Assembly: GCA_965218435.1 (NCBI GenBank)
Contig: CBDCKW010000008.1
Coordinates: 1-21,040, forward strand
Direction: 5' to 3'
DNA length: 21,040 nt
From: Truepera sp.
GTDB taxonomy: Bacteria > Deinococcota > Deinococci > Deinococcales > Trueperaceae
Part shown: piece after piece, positions 7,298-15,184 of the stretch
Layout: each line of letters opens with the position of its first letter
How positions within the stretch are numbered: the stretch's first letter is position 1
Made by a program: the position numbers and the translations under genes
The notes under the pieces: model-generated
What the model was told of the DNA's origin: nothing
Databases searched by the model: none
What the model saw: only the letters and a program-made list of their open reading frames with translations

Positions 7298-7626
7298 TTG
7301 CCCCTCTCTTATCTCAACTCACAGCCGCTAAGAACGGTTTAGAGGATGCTCAAATCAACCTGTGCGGCGCGGTCACTGCTCACGCTGAAGCCAAGCGTGG
7401 GCTCGAGCTGCGTGAAGCCCTGAAGCCGTGTGAAGGCGTTGACGGTAAGAACGATAAGGAGCGGACAGCCAAGCTTAGGCTCGAGCTGGGTGCTGAGTAT
7501 GCGGCGCTCGCTGAAGCTGAGGACGCCTTAACTGAAGCCCGGTGTGCGTTTGAGGGAGCACGGCTCGAGTGGGATTTGTGCCGGTATCAGCTGCGGGTGC
7601 TCGAGCCCTTCAGAGAAGCGGCGTAA
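7294..7626 (+). CDS. Helical/coiled-coil hypothetical protein with GKNxxxR motif (110 aa)
   Basis: ATG at 7294 with GGAGAGG upstream and ATGA coupling; Ala/Glu/Leu-rich helices around DGKNDKERTA. Confidence 0.72.
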   Translation: MIAPLLSQLTAAKNGLEDAQINLCGAVTAHAEAKRGLELREALKPCEGVDGKNDKERTAKLRLELGAEYAALAEAEDALTEARCAFEGARLEWDLCRYQLRVLEPFREAA

Positions 7627-7642
7627 GCGGCCTGATAAAGAG

Positions 7643-7667
7643 AAGCCCCGGTTAAGTGCCGGGGCTT
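7643..7667. terminator. Hairpin between convergent genes, likely terminator
   Basis: AAGCCCCGG-ttaagtg-CCGGGGCTT; followed by CTCTTT on the minus strand. Confidence 0.7.
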
Positions 7668-8904
7668 AACAGTTGACATTGCCAAGCAAAATCCAACGCT
7701 TATCGCGCGGTTGTTTTTTATTTAGGTGAGGTTCAGCTTGCATTCGTGCCGGTATAAGTTCCTCGACCATTTCCTTATGTGCGAGATACTCCTCTACAGC
7801 CTTGGGAACTATAGAGAAGTCCTTATTAGCGGAAAAAACAAATCTGTGAGCCTGTATGACTTGCACCTCATTCCACCTGTCCGCATCACTCTGACCCAGC
7901 AATTCTTGACCTGTAATCCCTTTTCTGTCGGGAGTAATGAACAAGTCGAGATGGGGCGTGAGTGGAAACACAAACATCATAGGCGGGTGGTCTTCCACAA
8001 TCTCATCTGTATAGAAGTGGACTTCCCCCATTAGAGTCAAGCTGTACAAACTTAGCGCGTCCCAATCGTCGTCGCTAGCGGGAACAGCTAGCGGGTACAA
8101 GAGCAAAGGGCTATCTGAGGTCAAGCGGAAAACATCTTCTCGGTACCTCTGTACACTCCATTCCATACTTACAAGCCTTTGTACCAGCTTTGGAACCGAC
8201 ATCTGTAGTGATTGCGCCTGTTTTACGGAGGGGTTCTCGGCAAGGTATTTCAACATTTCCATGAACTTATCGCTCACCTTGCCCTGCCTATAGCTTTCCA
8301 TATCGTGCCCTATCTCGTCAGCTATTCGGTTGAAGTGCTCAAGCTCTGTGTCAAGTTCTGCCATACGAGCGGCCTGCTGCTCCGGTGGCAGTTGAAGAGC
8401 CGCAAGGCGACGAGTTGCGAGGTCAATACGCTCCCTTGAGAGCATTGCTTCTATATCAGGAACCGTGTACTGGCTGTTTTCCTTTATGAAGTCCTCAAAG
8501 TATTGTGGGTTATCTTTAGCGGCATCTAAAAGGCTCTGTGTGCTTTCTGACTGTAGACCGCGAAACTTGCTAGTGCGGTGGTGCTGAGTGGACAGAAAGA
8601 GTGCTAAGTCATGTAGGTCAGAGTAAGTTAGACCGTCCGTAGTTTTTGCTTCTATCAGCTTTTCCAGTAGTGGTGCGGCACGGTTCTCGAGAGCCGTTAA
8701 GCTATCGTCAATAATCTGAGGTTTTTCACCTGTGATTCGGTAAAACCAGTCCTCCGACGCGATGTCCTCAACCATTTTATCGCCTATGTATCGGTCTTTT
8801 CCCTTAAAGTATGTGTGTACACGTTCTTTACCATTACGGGATTCAGGAGTCTTGAACTGCTTGAGATAAAACTGAGGCACGTAATGCTGATTTTTTCCAC
8901 CCAT
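7666..8904 (-). CDS. DUF4238 domain-containing protein (putative anti-phage defence)
   Basis: N-terminal NQHYVPQFYLKQF, LALFLSTQHHRT, LTSDSP and FPLTPHL motifs typical of DUF4238; lower GC than backbone. Confidence 0.85.
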   Translation of the reverse strand: MGGKNQHYVPQFYLKQFKTPESRNGKERVHTYFKGKDRYIGDKMVEDIASEDWFYRITGEKPQIIDDSLTALENRAAPLLEKLIEAKTTDGLTYSDLHDLALFLSTQHHRTSKFRGLQSESTQSLLDAAKDNPQYFEDFIKENSQYTVPDIEAMLSRERIDLATRRLAALQLPPEQQAARMAELDTELEHFNRIADEIGHDMESYRQGKVSDKFMEMLKYLAENPSVKQAQSLQMSVPKLVQRLVSMEWSVQRYREDVFRLTSDSPLLLYPLAVPASDDDWDALSLYSLTLMGEVHFYTDEIVEDHPPMMFVFPLTPHLDLFITPDRKGITGQELLGQSDADRWNEVQVIQAHRFVFSANKDFSIVPKAVEEYLAHKEMVEELIPARMQAEPHLNKKQPRDKRWILLGNVNC

Positions 8905-8933
8905 TAGATACTTTAGCGTTTTGGCGTCTCATG

Positions 8934-8960
8934 AAAAAGCCCCGGTTAGATGCCGGGGCT
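8934..8960 (-). terminator. Intrinsic terminator of the rep operon
   Basis: Minus strand AGCCCCGG-catctaa-CCGGGGC-TTTTT, 18 nt after the last operon gene. Confidence 0.75.
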
Positions 8961-8978
8961 CTTCTACGTGGTTTTCAG

Positions 8979-9263
8979 CTACTCGAGCAGCTCGGCGGGC
9001 AAGTCGCGTAAATGTTCACAGCGGGCGATGTTACGCCAAACTGCACAAGCGTGACGTGTCGCTTCAGAGCAAGGCTCGGCGTGTTTTGTGCAGGTCGGAA
9101 GGAATTCAGGTGGTGATTCGGGCAACGGGCCTCGAGCGTAACGTTCCCAGACTCGAGCGTGATAGGGCTCCGAGGTTTCAAAGCTCAGTGTAAAGCAGCA
9201 TAACGAGTTGGGGTCGGGCGGTAGTGAACTGGTTAAAGCGTTGATGCGATTTTTGAGGCTCAC
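8979..9263 (-). CDS. Hypothetical protein, Cys/His-rich
   Basis: 94 aa; GTGA overlap with upstream gene and GGAG RBS; last gene before terminator. Confidence 0.6.
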   Translation of the reverse strand: MSLKNRINALTSSLPPDPNSLCCFTLSFETSEPYHARVWERYARGPLPESPPEFLPTCTKHAEPCSEATRHACAVWRNIARCEHLRDLPAELLE

Positions 9264-9508
9264 TTATCATCTCCTTGGGCGACGCGGGCCTCGAGTTCAG
9301 TGAGGCGTTGCTCGAGTGTTTCGGTTTCGTAAACCCCCCGGTATGCGGCTGAACTCTGACTTACGGCGTGAACTGCACGCAGTCTGACCTGCGCATCATC
9401 GTGGTCTAAGAGGTCCGCAGCGGTCACAATCGCGTGCCAAAGTTCTTTTTTAAGTGCGGCAAGGTCGCCGGGTTTACCGCGTCGCTTACGGCGTTTTTGT
9501 GTAGCCAC
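9260..9508 (-). CDS. Small helical hypothetical protein with basic N-terminus and C-terminal coiled coil
   Basis: KRRKRRGKPG...QVRLRAVHAV...LEQRLTELEARV; AAGG RBS. Confidence 0.7.
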   Translation of the reverse strand: MATQKRRKRRGKPGDLAALKKELWHAIVTAADLLDHDDAQVRLRAVHAVSQSSAAYRGVYETETLEQRLTELEARVAQGDDK

Positions 9509-9534
9509 AACACCTTACCCCCCCCGGCCTCAGG

Positions 9535-9840
9535 CTACCCGCGCTGACCAGGGCTGCGCGGCAAGTGGCGCTGGAGGTCGCTTTTTATCCTGCTCACCGT
9601 TGGCTGACGGCGTGGTGGGTTTAAGTTGAGCGTCGTCGCACCCGCTTGAATCTGTGAGACGCAGCTTGCCACCAAGCTCATGACTTGGGCGTGTTCGTGA
9701 GGCGTCTTGTCGGTTGAACCACGGAGCGACTCAAAGAGGATTTGAGCATCTGTAAATGCGGGTGTGTTCGGGCAGTTCACAGAAGCGCAGGCTAAAAGGT
9801 CGCGTAAAGCGCCGTTGCGTTCGACAGTTTGTTCGTTCAT
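9535..9840 (-). CDS. Hypothetical protein (101 aa)
   Basis: ATG at 9840 preceded by GGAG; co-oriented in operon. Confidence 0.6.
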   Translation of the reverse strand: MNEQTVERNGALRDLLACASVNCPNTPAFTDAQILFESLRGSTDKTPHEHAQVMSLVASCVSQIQAGATTLNLNPPRRQPTVSRIKSDLQRHLPRSPGQRG

Positions 9841-9884
9841 TTGAATCTCCAAAAGGTATGAGAGGCGAAGGGTTGACGGGCGGA

Positions 9885-10130
9885 TTAGGGGCGGGGCGGT
9901 GGGTCGCGGCCTCTTGGTTCAGCGTCGTCTATGGGCAACATCGCAGCGCCGCAACGGGTGCAGACGATGGCCTCGAGTTTTATGCCGGTCATGGCCTCGT
10001 TTCCGCAGGAACAGCGGTAACGGTGCGTGAGCGCGTCAATGCTGAGTGCGTCGCCAGTCTTGATAGGTGCCAGCGCGGTTTTGCGGAATAAGGGCGGCTG
10101 CTTTACGCCGGGTTTTGCTTTCGTGCTCAT
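9885..10130 (-). CDS. Small zinc-ribbon protein (81 aa)
   Basis: YRCSCG...IVCTRCG; ATG at 10130 overlaps the rep stop (ATGA). Confidence 0.65.
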   Translation of the reverse strand: MSTKAKPGVKQPPLFRKTALAPIKTGDALSIDALTHRYRCSCGNEAMTGIKLEAIVCTRCGAAMLPIDDAEPRGRDPPPRP

Positions 10131-13100
10131 GCGGACCCGCCTATCATCCGGGCGAAAGTCGCTGAAGTCGCCAGGGTGTGCAGCCAAGCGGCGTCTTTTA
10201 CGTCTAGTTTTTGCCGGATAACCTCAACTTTGCGCGGTCCGAAGTTGTCGAGACGGCCTTGCTCGAGCAGCTGAGCGAGGCGCTGCACGGGGTCGTCAGG
10301 GCGGCACACACTTTTCTCTTTAAGGGTATCTCTAAGCAAAAGTGTGTGCCGTTTTTTCAGCGTTCTACACGCGATTTCTAATGTCTCTGCCTCGAGTGCG
10401 TAGGTGCCGGAGTGACTATCACCGGTGCGTTTTTGCTTGAGCCCCAACGCCTTCAGCCACGAGCCGACGTAGCGCACAAGGTTTTCTTTGAGGCGGGCCG
10501 CGTCGGGTAGGGCGACCGCGCCGACGAGCCACGAGCGGTTCTGTTCTATCCACAGCTGCAAAGGCCCCAGCGCCGCCAGGTCGTAACGGGGTAAGTCGAG
10601 CTGCGCGACTTTACCCGCCAGCACCAGCCGCGCCGCCGCGCCGAAACCAACAGCCTGAAGCACACGGCTGTAAAGTTCGTGCCGTGCCGTCAGGGGTCGC
10701 CGGTCGGCTTCCAGGGGTCGCTTCTCTGCCTCGGCCAGCTCACGGGCCAGCAGCCCCTCATTGGTGTCGAGTGCCAGCTCGAGCCGTTCAAGCTGTCCTT
10801 GGTAGCGCCCGCGCCGGTCAAACTCGAGCATCGTTCTCAAGTCGTCGCCGATGCTGAGCTTGTAAAAGTCGCTCACTCGGTAGCGTTCACACGCAGCGCG
10901 GTCGTCGCGGCCCACATAGCCGCCGCCGTCAACGCGACGCCGCAGCTCCCGCGCCGCCTCTGGCGACAGCTCCCGCGCCGCCTCTACGCGGTCGTAATGC
11001 TCACCGTCGGCAAGTTCCCGCGCCGCCGTCGCCAGCCCTGTATGTTCAGGGTCGGAGTTTAAGAGTTCAAAGCTGAAGCCCTGCAACGCGGCCAACCTTA
11101 AAAAGTTCAGTCGGTAAAACGCTTGTACACGTTGCTCACTCAGCTCGACCTCGTGCTTGAGCCGGTTGTAACTTGCCTCTGTCGGCGTCTTGGGTTTCAT
11201 ACGCGAATACTTTGCCGCCAGGTCTACACGTTCGGTTCGTACCGCTGGGTCGAGCCATATGTCATAACCGCACGGGGTTCGCACTCGCCAGAGTGCTTGC
11301 AGGGCGTCCTCCGGGGTGCCGACGGTGCCATAAAAGAGCCCCAAGACGTGCCCGAAGTAACCGCTCTCGAGACTGACGCCGGTCCGCACGGTCGGGCTGC
11401 ACACGAGCGCAGCTAACCCTTCAGCCTTGGCGTTCGCTTCTAGGTCACGCATAAAGGCGGCGTCATCGCCGACGTGCTCACCGGTCAAGACGCGGACGCG
11501 CCGCCCTTGATTCCGCAGATGCGCCCCTAACGCTTCGGCCTCGAGCTTGGAATTGGTCATCACGAGCGCCGGGGCAGTGAGCGTGAAGAGCGCCCCATAG
11601 ACGCCGTTTTTAGTTTCATGCACCCGCAAGGTGCGGCCCTGTCCGACTGGCTGCGCGTGGGCTCGCCAGGTAACGCGCTCGCACGGTCTCGCCAGCTCAA
11701 GCAGCTCGCGGGTGAGCTTCCCGGCGTCGGCGTCAAGGCACACCACCCGCGCCGCTTTCTGGACGAGCAACGTAAGCGCCTCTAAGACGCCCGCACGATT
11801 AGAAATGTGCTCCCCGGTCAAGGCCCGCACAAGCTGTTCACTCTCGTCAATGACTACCAGGTCAAACCGTGCCAGCACGCCGTTCTCGAGCAGCCGAGGC
11901 AGCGAGTTTAAGCAGATGCTCAAGCCAGGTATCGCGGTCAAGTGACGCCGGTGCAGCTCATCGGCGTAGGACTCAAGCCCCAGCCGCCGTGCCGCGTTTT
12001 CAGCCAGGGCCGCACTGTGCGAGACATACAGCACCCGCTCACCTGCTCTTAGAGCCGCGTCTACCTGCTCGGCTGTTCGTTCGGTTTTGCCGGTTCCATG
12101 CGGTGCTCTAAGAACCGTGGCCCCCGGCCCGAAGGTTTGCGCCGGTAGGTAGCGTCCCCGTGAAGCGCCGCGCCGCGTTAGAAGCTGCTGACGGCGACGA
12201 CGCTCAGGGGCAAAGGCGAGGGCCGGGTCTGGGTTGACCGGGGTGCTGAGCTGCGCTCGCACCGTCTCTAATCCTTCGCATATCTGAAGGTCGTTAAAGT
12301 CGGTGGGCTCGCTGGTCAACTCACGAAAAACTGGTGAGGCTACTTTGCAGCGGTACATAAGCGCCGCCCGGTGCGCCTTCTCTAAGCCCGCGTTCCCGGC
12401 CTCCGGTTTGTTAAAGCGGTCGTCGTCGGCGGCGATACTCAGCCGCAGCTTGTTACGGTTCGGCTCGAGCCCTCTTAGAGCTTTAGCAACCGGCGCGAGA
12501 CTACCGGCGCTAAAACACGCCACCACCGCGCCGCCGGTCGCCTCGTGCACGGTGAGCGCGGTTGCGAAACCTTCAGCCAGCCAGAAGTGGCCGGTAGCAA
12601 TGGCTGCCTGTAGATCAACCGCCCCAACGAGCGCCACCGCGCCCCGTGTGCTGCCGCCTTTGGCAAAGCGTTTCGCGCCGTCGTTATAAATGGTCTGAAC
12701 ACTCACCGGCTCGAGCGTGCCCGCGCTGGTAAGGCGTGACATACGGACCGCGATAGAGCCGCGTCCGTAGCGGATGGCCGGACACGCCGCTGCTACGGAC
12801 GCGACGTTCTTACGCTCCAGGTAGCGGCTCGAGCCCGATGTATTTAAGCTCTGCCAACGTTCCAGTGCCGCGTCAGCCTTGCCGACTGCAAGCACCTTGC
12901 AGGGTGTTTGTAGGGCAGATTTTGCAGTGAAGCGCCGCTTTACCGGCAGCTCGTCTGAGTCTGAGAGGCCCGCCCGCGCCAGCAGGTAGCGCCGCGCCTC
13001 ATCATCCGGGTAGTCCAGCAACTCGGTTAAAAGTCGCCAGACACCGTAAGACTCGCTGCTTACATGGTCGGTGAGAGCGTGAGCGCCCACAAATACGTTC

Positions 13101-13222
13101 GGGTCGCTCGAGCCGCGCCAGAACGCCGCGCAGCGGTCGCCCGTTACCCTGACGTCGTGCTCCCGTAGGACGCTTTTAAGGTCGTTTGCCGGATGCTCGA
13201 GAGCAAGGTTGAGCGGGGTCAC
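10127..13222 (-). CDS. Replication protein: degenerate primase Zn-binding-like domain + Toprim primase + superfamily-2 origin-binding helicase (CyRepA1/UL9-like)
   Basis: Toprim motifs LAEGFATA, IAADDD, TDFNDL; helicase motifs APHGTGKT (I), YVSHSAAL (Ia), VVIDESEQ (II), CLDAD (III), CSPTVRTGVSL (V), QALWRVR (VI). Confidence 0.88.
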   Translation of the reverse strand: MTPLNLALEHPANDLKSVLREHDVRVTGDRCAAFWRGSSDPNVFVGAHALTDHVSSESYGVWRLLTELLDYPDDEARRYLLARAGLSDSDELPVKRRFTAKSALQTPCKVLAVGKADAALERWQSLNTSGSSRYLERKNVASVAAACPAIRYGRGSIAVRMSRLTSAGTLEPVSVQTIYNDGAKRFAKGGSTRGAVALVGAVDLQAAIATGHFWLAEGFATALTVHEATGGAVVACFSAGSLAPVAKALRGLEPNRNKLRLSIAADDDRFNKPEAGNAGLEKAHRAALMYRCKVASPVFRELTSEPTDFNDLQICEGLETVRAQLSTPVNPDPALAFAPERRRRQQLLTRRGASRGRYLPAQTFGPGATVLRAPHGTGKTERTAEQVDAALRAGERVLYVSHSAALAENAARRLGLESYADELHRRHLTAIPGLSICLNSLPRLLENGVLARFDLVVIDESEQLVRALTGEHISNRAGVLEALTLLVQKAARVVCLDADAGKLTRELLELARPCERVTWRAHAQPVGQGRTLRVHETKNGVYGALFTLTAPALVMTNSKLEAEALGAHLRNQGRRVRVLTGEHVGDDAAFMRDLEANAKAEGLAALVCSPTVRTGVSLESGYFGHVLGLFYGTVGTPEDALQALWRVRTPCGYDIWLDPAVRTERVDLAAKYSRMKPKTPTEASYNRLKHEVELSEQRVQAFYRLNFLRLAALQGFSFELLNSDPEHTGLATAARELADGEHYDRVEAARELSPEAARELRRRVDGGGYVGRDDRAACERYRVSDFYKLSIGDDLRTMLEFDRRGRYQGQLERLELALDTNEGLLARELAEAEKRPLEADRRPLTARHELYSRVLQAVGFGAAARLVLAGKVAQLDLPRYDLAALGPLQLWIEQNRSWLVGAVALPDAARLKENLVRYVGSWLKALGLKQKRTGDSHSGTYALEAETLEIACRTLKKRHTLLLRDTLKEKSVCRPDDPVQRLAQLLEQGRLDNFGPRKVEVIRQKLDVKDAAWLHTLATSATFARMIGGSA
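10302..10351. repeat. Perfect 14 bp inverted repeat with 22 nt AT-richer spacer inside the 3' end of rep; candidate origin
   Basis: CGGCACACACTTTT (10302-10315) / AAAAGTGTGTGCCG (10338-10351); again at 20773-20822; right arm only at 6-19. Confidence 0.7.
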
Positions 13223-13746
13223 GATACGGCCCCCTCAAAAAGTTCTGGCTGACTCGAGGGTCTCACTTTGGCTGTTGGAAACACGACCGGGAGTGGCGCG
13301 GCTGTGAACTGAAACTCGTTCCAAACGAGATAAAGAGTAAGTCGAGCAGCCTCAAGCGCCTCCCAGTCTCTCAGCTTGGCGACGCGCAAAATCTCTTGGG
13401 CGGCGGCATGGATTTGCAGGCGGTAAGGCTCTGCCCGTTCGCTCCCGAACAGCTTGAACGCCCGAACGACATCAGCGTCAGGTATCCTCACCCGCGCCGG
13501 GTCTCTCGGCTTTTCCTCCGTAAGCTTCACCCAGCGGCGGGCGAAGTACACCGTGCGCTGAACTCCCGGAGGAGTCGGGCTTTGGGCTAGACGCTTATAC
13601 ACGCTCGCACGAGTGACAAAGCAGCGACGCCCTGGTTCTGTTGGGATGGCCTCGAGCTTGCCGCGCAGCATGAGCTGAAGAACGCGGGTACGGCTCACAC
13701 CTAACAGTTGAGCAGCTCCACTTGTGCCGCAAAGTTCAGAAATCAT
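13219..13746 (-). CDS. Excisionase-like HTH domain protein (copy B)
   Basis: Identical translation to 2748-3275. Confidence 0.75.
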   Translation of the reverse strand: MISELCGTSGAAQLLGVSRTRVLQLMLRGKLEAIPTEPGRRCFVTRASVYKRLAQSPTPPGVQRTVYFARRWVKLTEEKPRDPARVRIPDADVVRAFKLFGSERAEPYRLQIHAAAQEILRVAKLRDWEALEAARLTLYLVWNEFQFTAAPLPVVFPTAKVRPSSQPELFEGAVS

Positions 13747-13955
13747 GAGCCCACTCCAAAAAGCAGCTCGAAAAGCTGGATGCGGTCCAAAACCTGGCCG
13801 CAGTGTTCGCAGGTTGCAGAACAGGTAGGGTCGTCAGGGATTAAATTGCAGCTGCGGGCGTAGGGACAAACGTCGTCAAGTGATATGCTCGTGGTGTTGG
13901 TTTGCTTAACGTGTTTTGCCCTCGCCGCGCCCTGCTCAGGTGCGGCTTTTTTCAT
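13743..13955 (-). CDS. Small Cys-rich hypothetical protein (copy B)
   Basis: Identical translation to 3272-3484. Confidence 0.65.
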   Translation of the reverse strand: MKKAAPEQGAARAKHVKQTNTTSISLDDVCPYARSCNLIPDDPTCSATCEHCGQVLDRIQLFELLFGVGS

Positions 13956-14149
13956 TAGCCGTTCCCGTCTTTCAAAAATCTTTCAATTTCGGATTTCGGA
14001 ATCAATACACGCCGTCCGGCTTTGACGGTGCGAATAATTCCCGGCTTGCAAAGCCGCTCGTGCATCGTGACGTACGAAACGCCCAGCCTCTCGGCTGCTT
14101 CTGATTTTGAATAGGCGTCTCGGCTTTCGTCTAGTTTTTGGGTGGTCAT
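13955..14149 (-). CDS. Excisionase-family HTH protein (copy B)
   Basis: Identical translation to 3484-3678. Confidence 0.88.
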   Translation of the reverse strand: MTTQKLDESRDAYSKSEAAERLGVSYVTMHERLCKPGIIRTVKAGRRVLIPKSEIERFLKDGNG

Positions 14150-14422
14150 CGGGAGTCCTTAACCGTTGCGGTTGGCGGCCCCGTTTTGCGGATTCCCTCG
14201 TGTGCTGCTCTACTTACTTTTTTTATAAGAAAGTAGTGTACAATCAGCTAACGGCTTAGCCGTAACGAGTTCGCAGAGCGGGCTTGGCTTTTTGGGAGAA
14301 CGGGTGCGTTTCAGTTTGCCGACCTAGCGCAGTCCGTTCTTTTTTGTCTAAAAATCTCCTTACTCCGCATGATTCAGCGGTGCTACACATAAGTATACCC
14401 GATTGACAAACGAAACGAGAAG

Positions 14423-14974
14423 TCACCTTTTCAAAATCCGCTCGAGCCACAACGCAAAACGGACCACCGGCCCGTGCTCCCTCGTCTCGGCTGTCTCACG
14501 CGCTGCCGCCTCTACCTTGTCGAGCTGTTTAATCCGCTTGGCAGTTTCGGGCTCTACCAACTGAGAAGCCTCGAGCCGCTCGAGCAGCTCCCGGATACCC
14601 TGCAACTCACCCAGTAGCGGGGCGTTAGCGGCGGTTTGTGCCTTGGTGAGCGCATCTATTAGGGTGTCGCTACCCTGTGCGCTACCTTGTGCCAGGGAGA
14701 CTGGCGCGGCCTCAATCGGCTTGTCGAGTGCTTGCTTAACGGCGGTTTTAACGTCAACCGAAGTTTGCATGACGAGGGCTCGAGCTTGCAAAAGCACCTT
14801 GACCTGCTGCTCAGTAAACAGCCGCCCGTCCCGACGATGCACGGTAATCTCGTCGCCGCTAACGGTTTCGTAGGTTGAGGCGTAGCGCCTTAGCATAGCC
14901 GCACCTAGTCCCAAACTAGAGGCAACCTCACGAGCGGTGTAAAGATGTTCGGATTCTCCGGGCTGTTCTGCCAT
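14423..14974 (-). CDS. MerR-like HTH + coiled-coil protein (copy B)
   Basis: Identical translation to 3952-4503. Confidence 0.7.
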   Translation of the reverse strand: MAEQPGESEHLYTAREVASSLGLGAAMLRRYASTYETVSGDEITVHRRDGRLFTEQQVKVLLQARALVMQTSVDVKTAVKQALDKPIEAAPVSLAQGSAQGSDTLIDALTKAQTAANAPLLGELQGIRELLERLEASQLVEPETAKRIKQLDKVEAAARETAETREHGPVVRFALWLERILKR

Positions 14975-15184
14975 CTGACGCGCACCCTAGCACGTCGCTA
15001 CTGGGTGAGTAGCGGAATAGATAGCACTCATATTTGGTAGTCGTGCGGCGCTACGCGGTGCGCTATGTAGTTGCGCGTAGTGAGTAGTGAGAATTGTGGT
15101 TCTCCAAAATAGATCCTGAAATAACCACTTACAGTTAGAAATCTCTAGATATATCTAAGGAAGTGCTCCAATATGTTTTAGTTG

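Larger units (their letters stand above)
1..10332. mobile_element. Unit copy A of small plasmid/satellite-like replicon (carries 139 bp deletion in rep)
   Basis: 1-1000 matches 10333-11332 (offset 10332); 1001 onward matches 11472 onward (offset 10471); all ORF translations recur at these offsets. Confidence 0.9.

Noticed and set aside
7149..7331. 60 aa + strand ORF from the track, and the 7279 TTG start of the next gene
   Set aside because: The 7133-7297 frame has exact TAATG and ATGA coupling on both sides, and ATG 7294 has an RBS
7726..10221. + strand ORFs 7726-8034, 8212-8439, 8921-9193, 9756-10091, 10027-10221 and minus ORF 8975-9181
   Set aside because: Overlap better-supported minus-strand genes; no RBS or coupling
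11318..11474. GCCGACG direct repeat (11318, 11468) near both deletion ends as the cause of the deletion
   Set aside because: Slippage between them would delete 150 bp in frame; the observed junction (ccata|acgtg) deletes 139 bp and keeps ggtgccata
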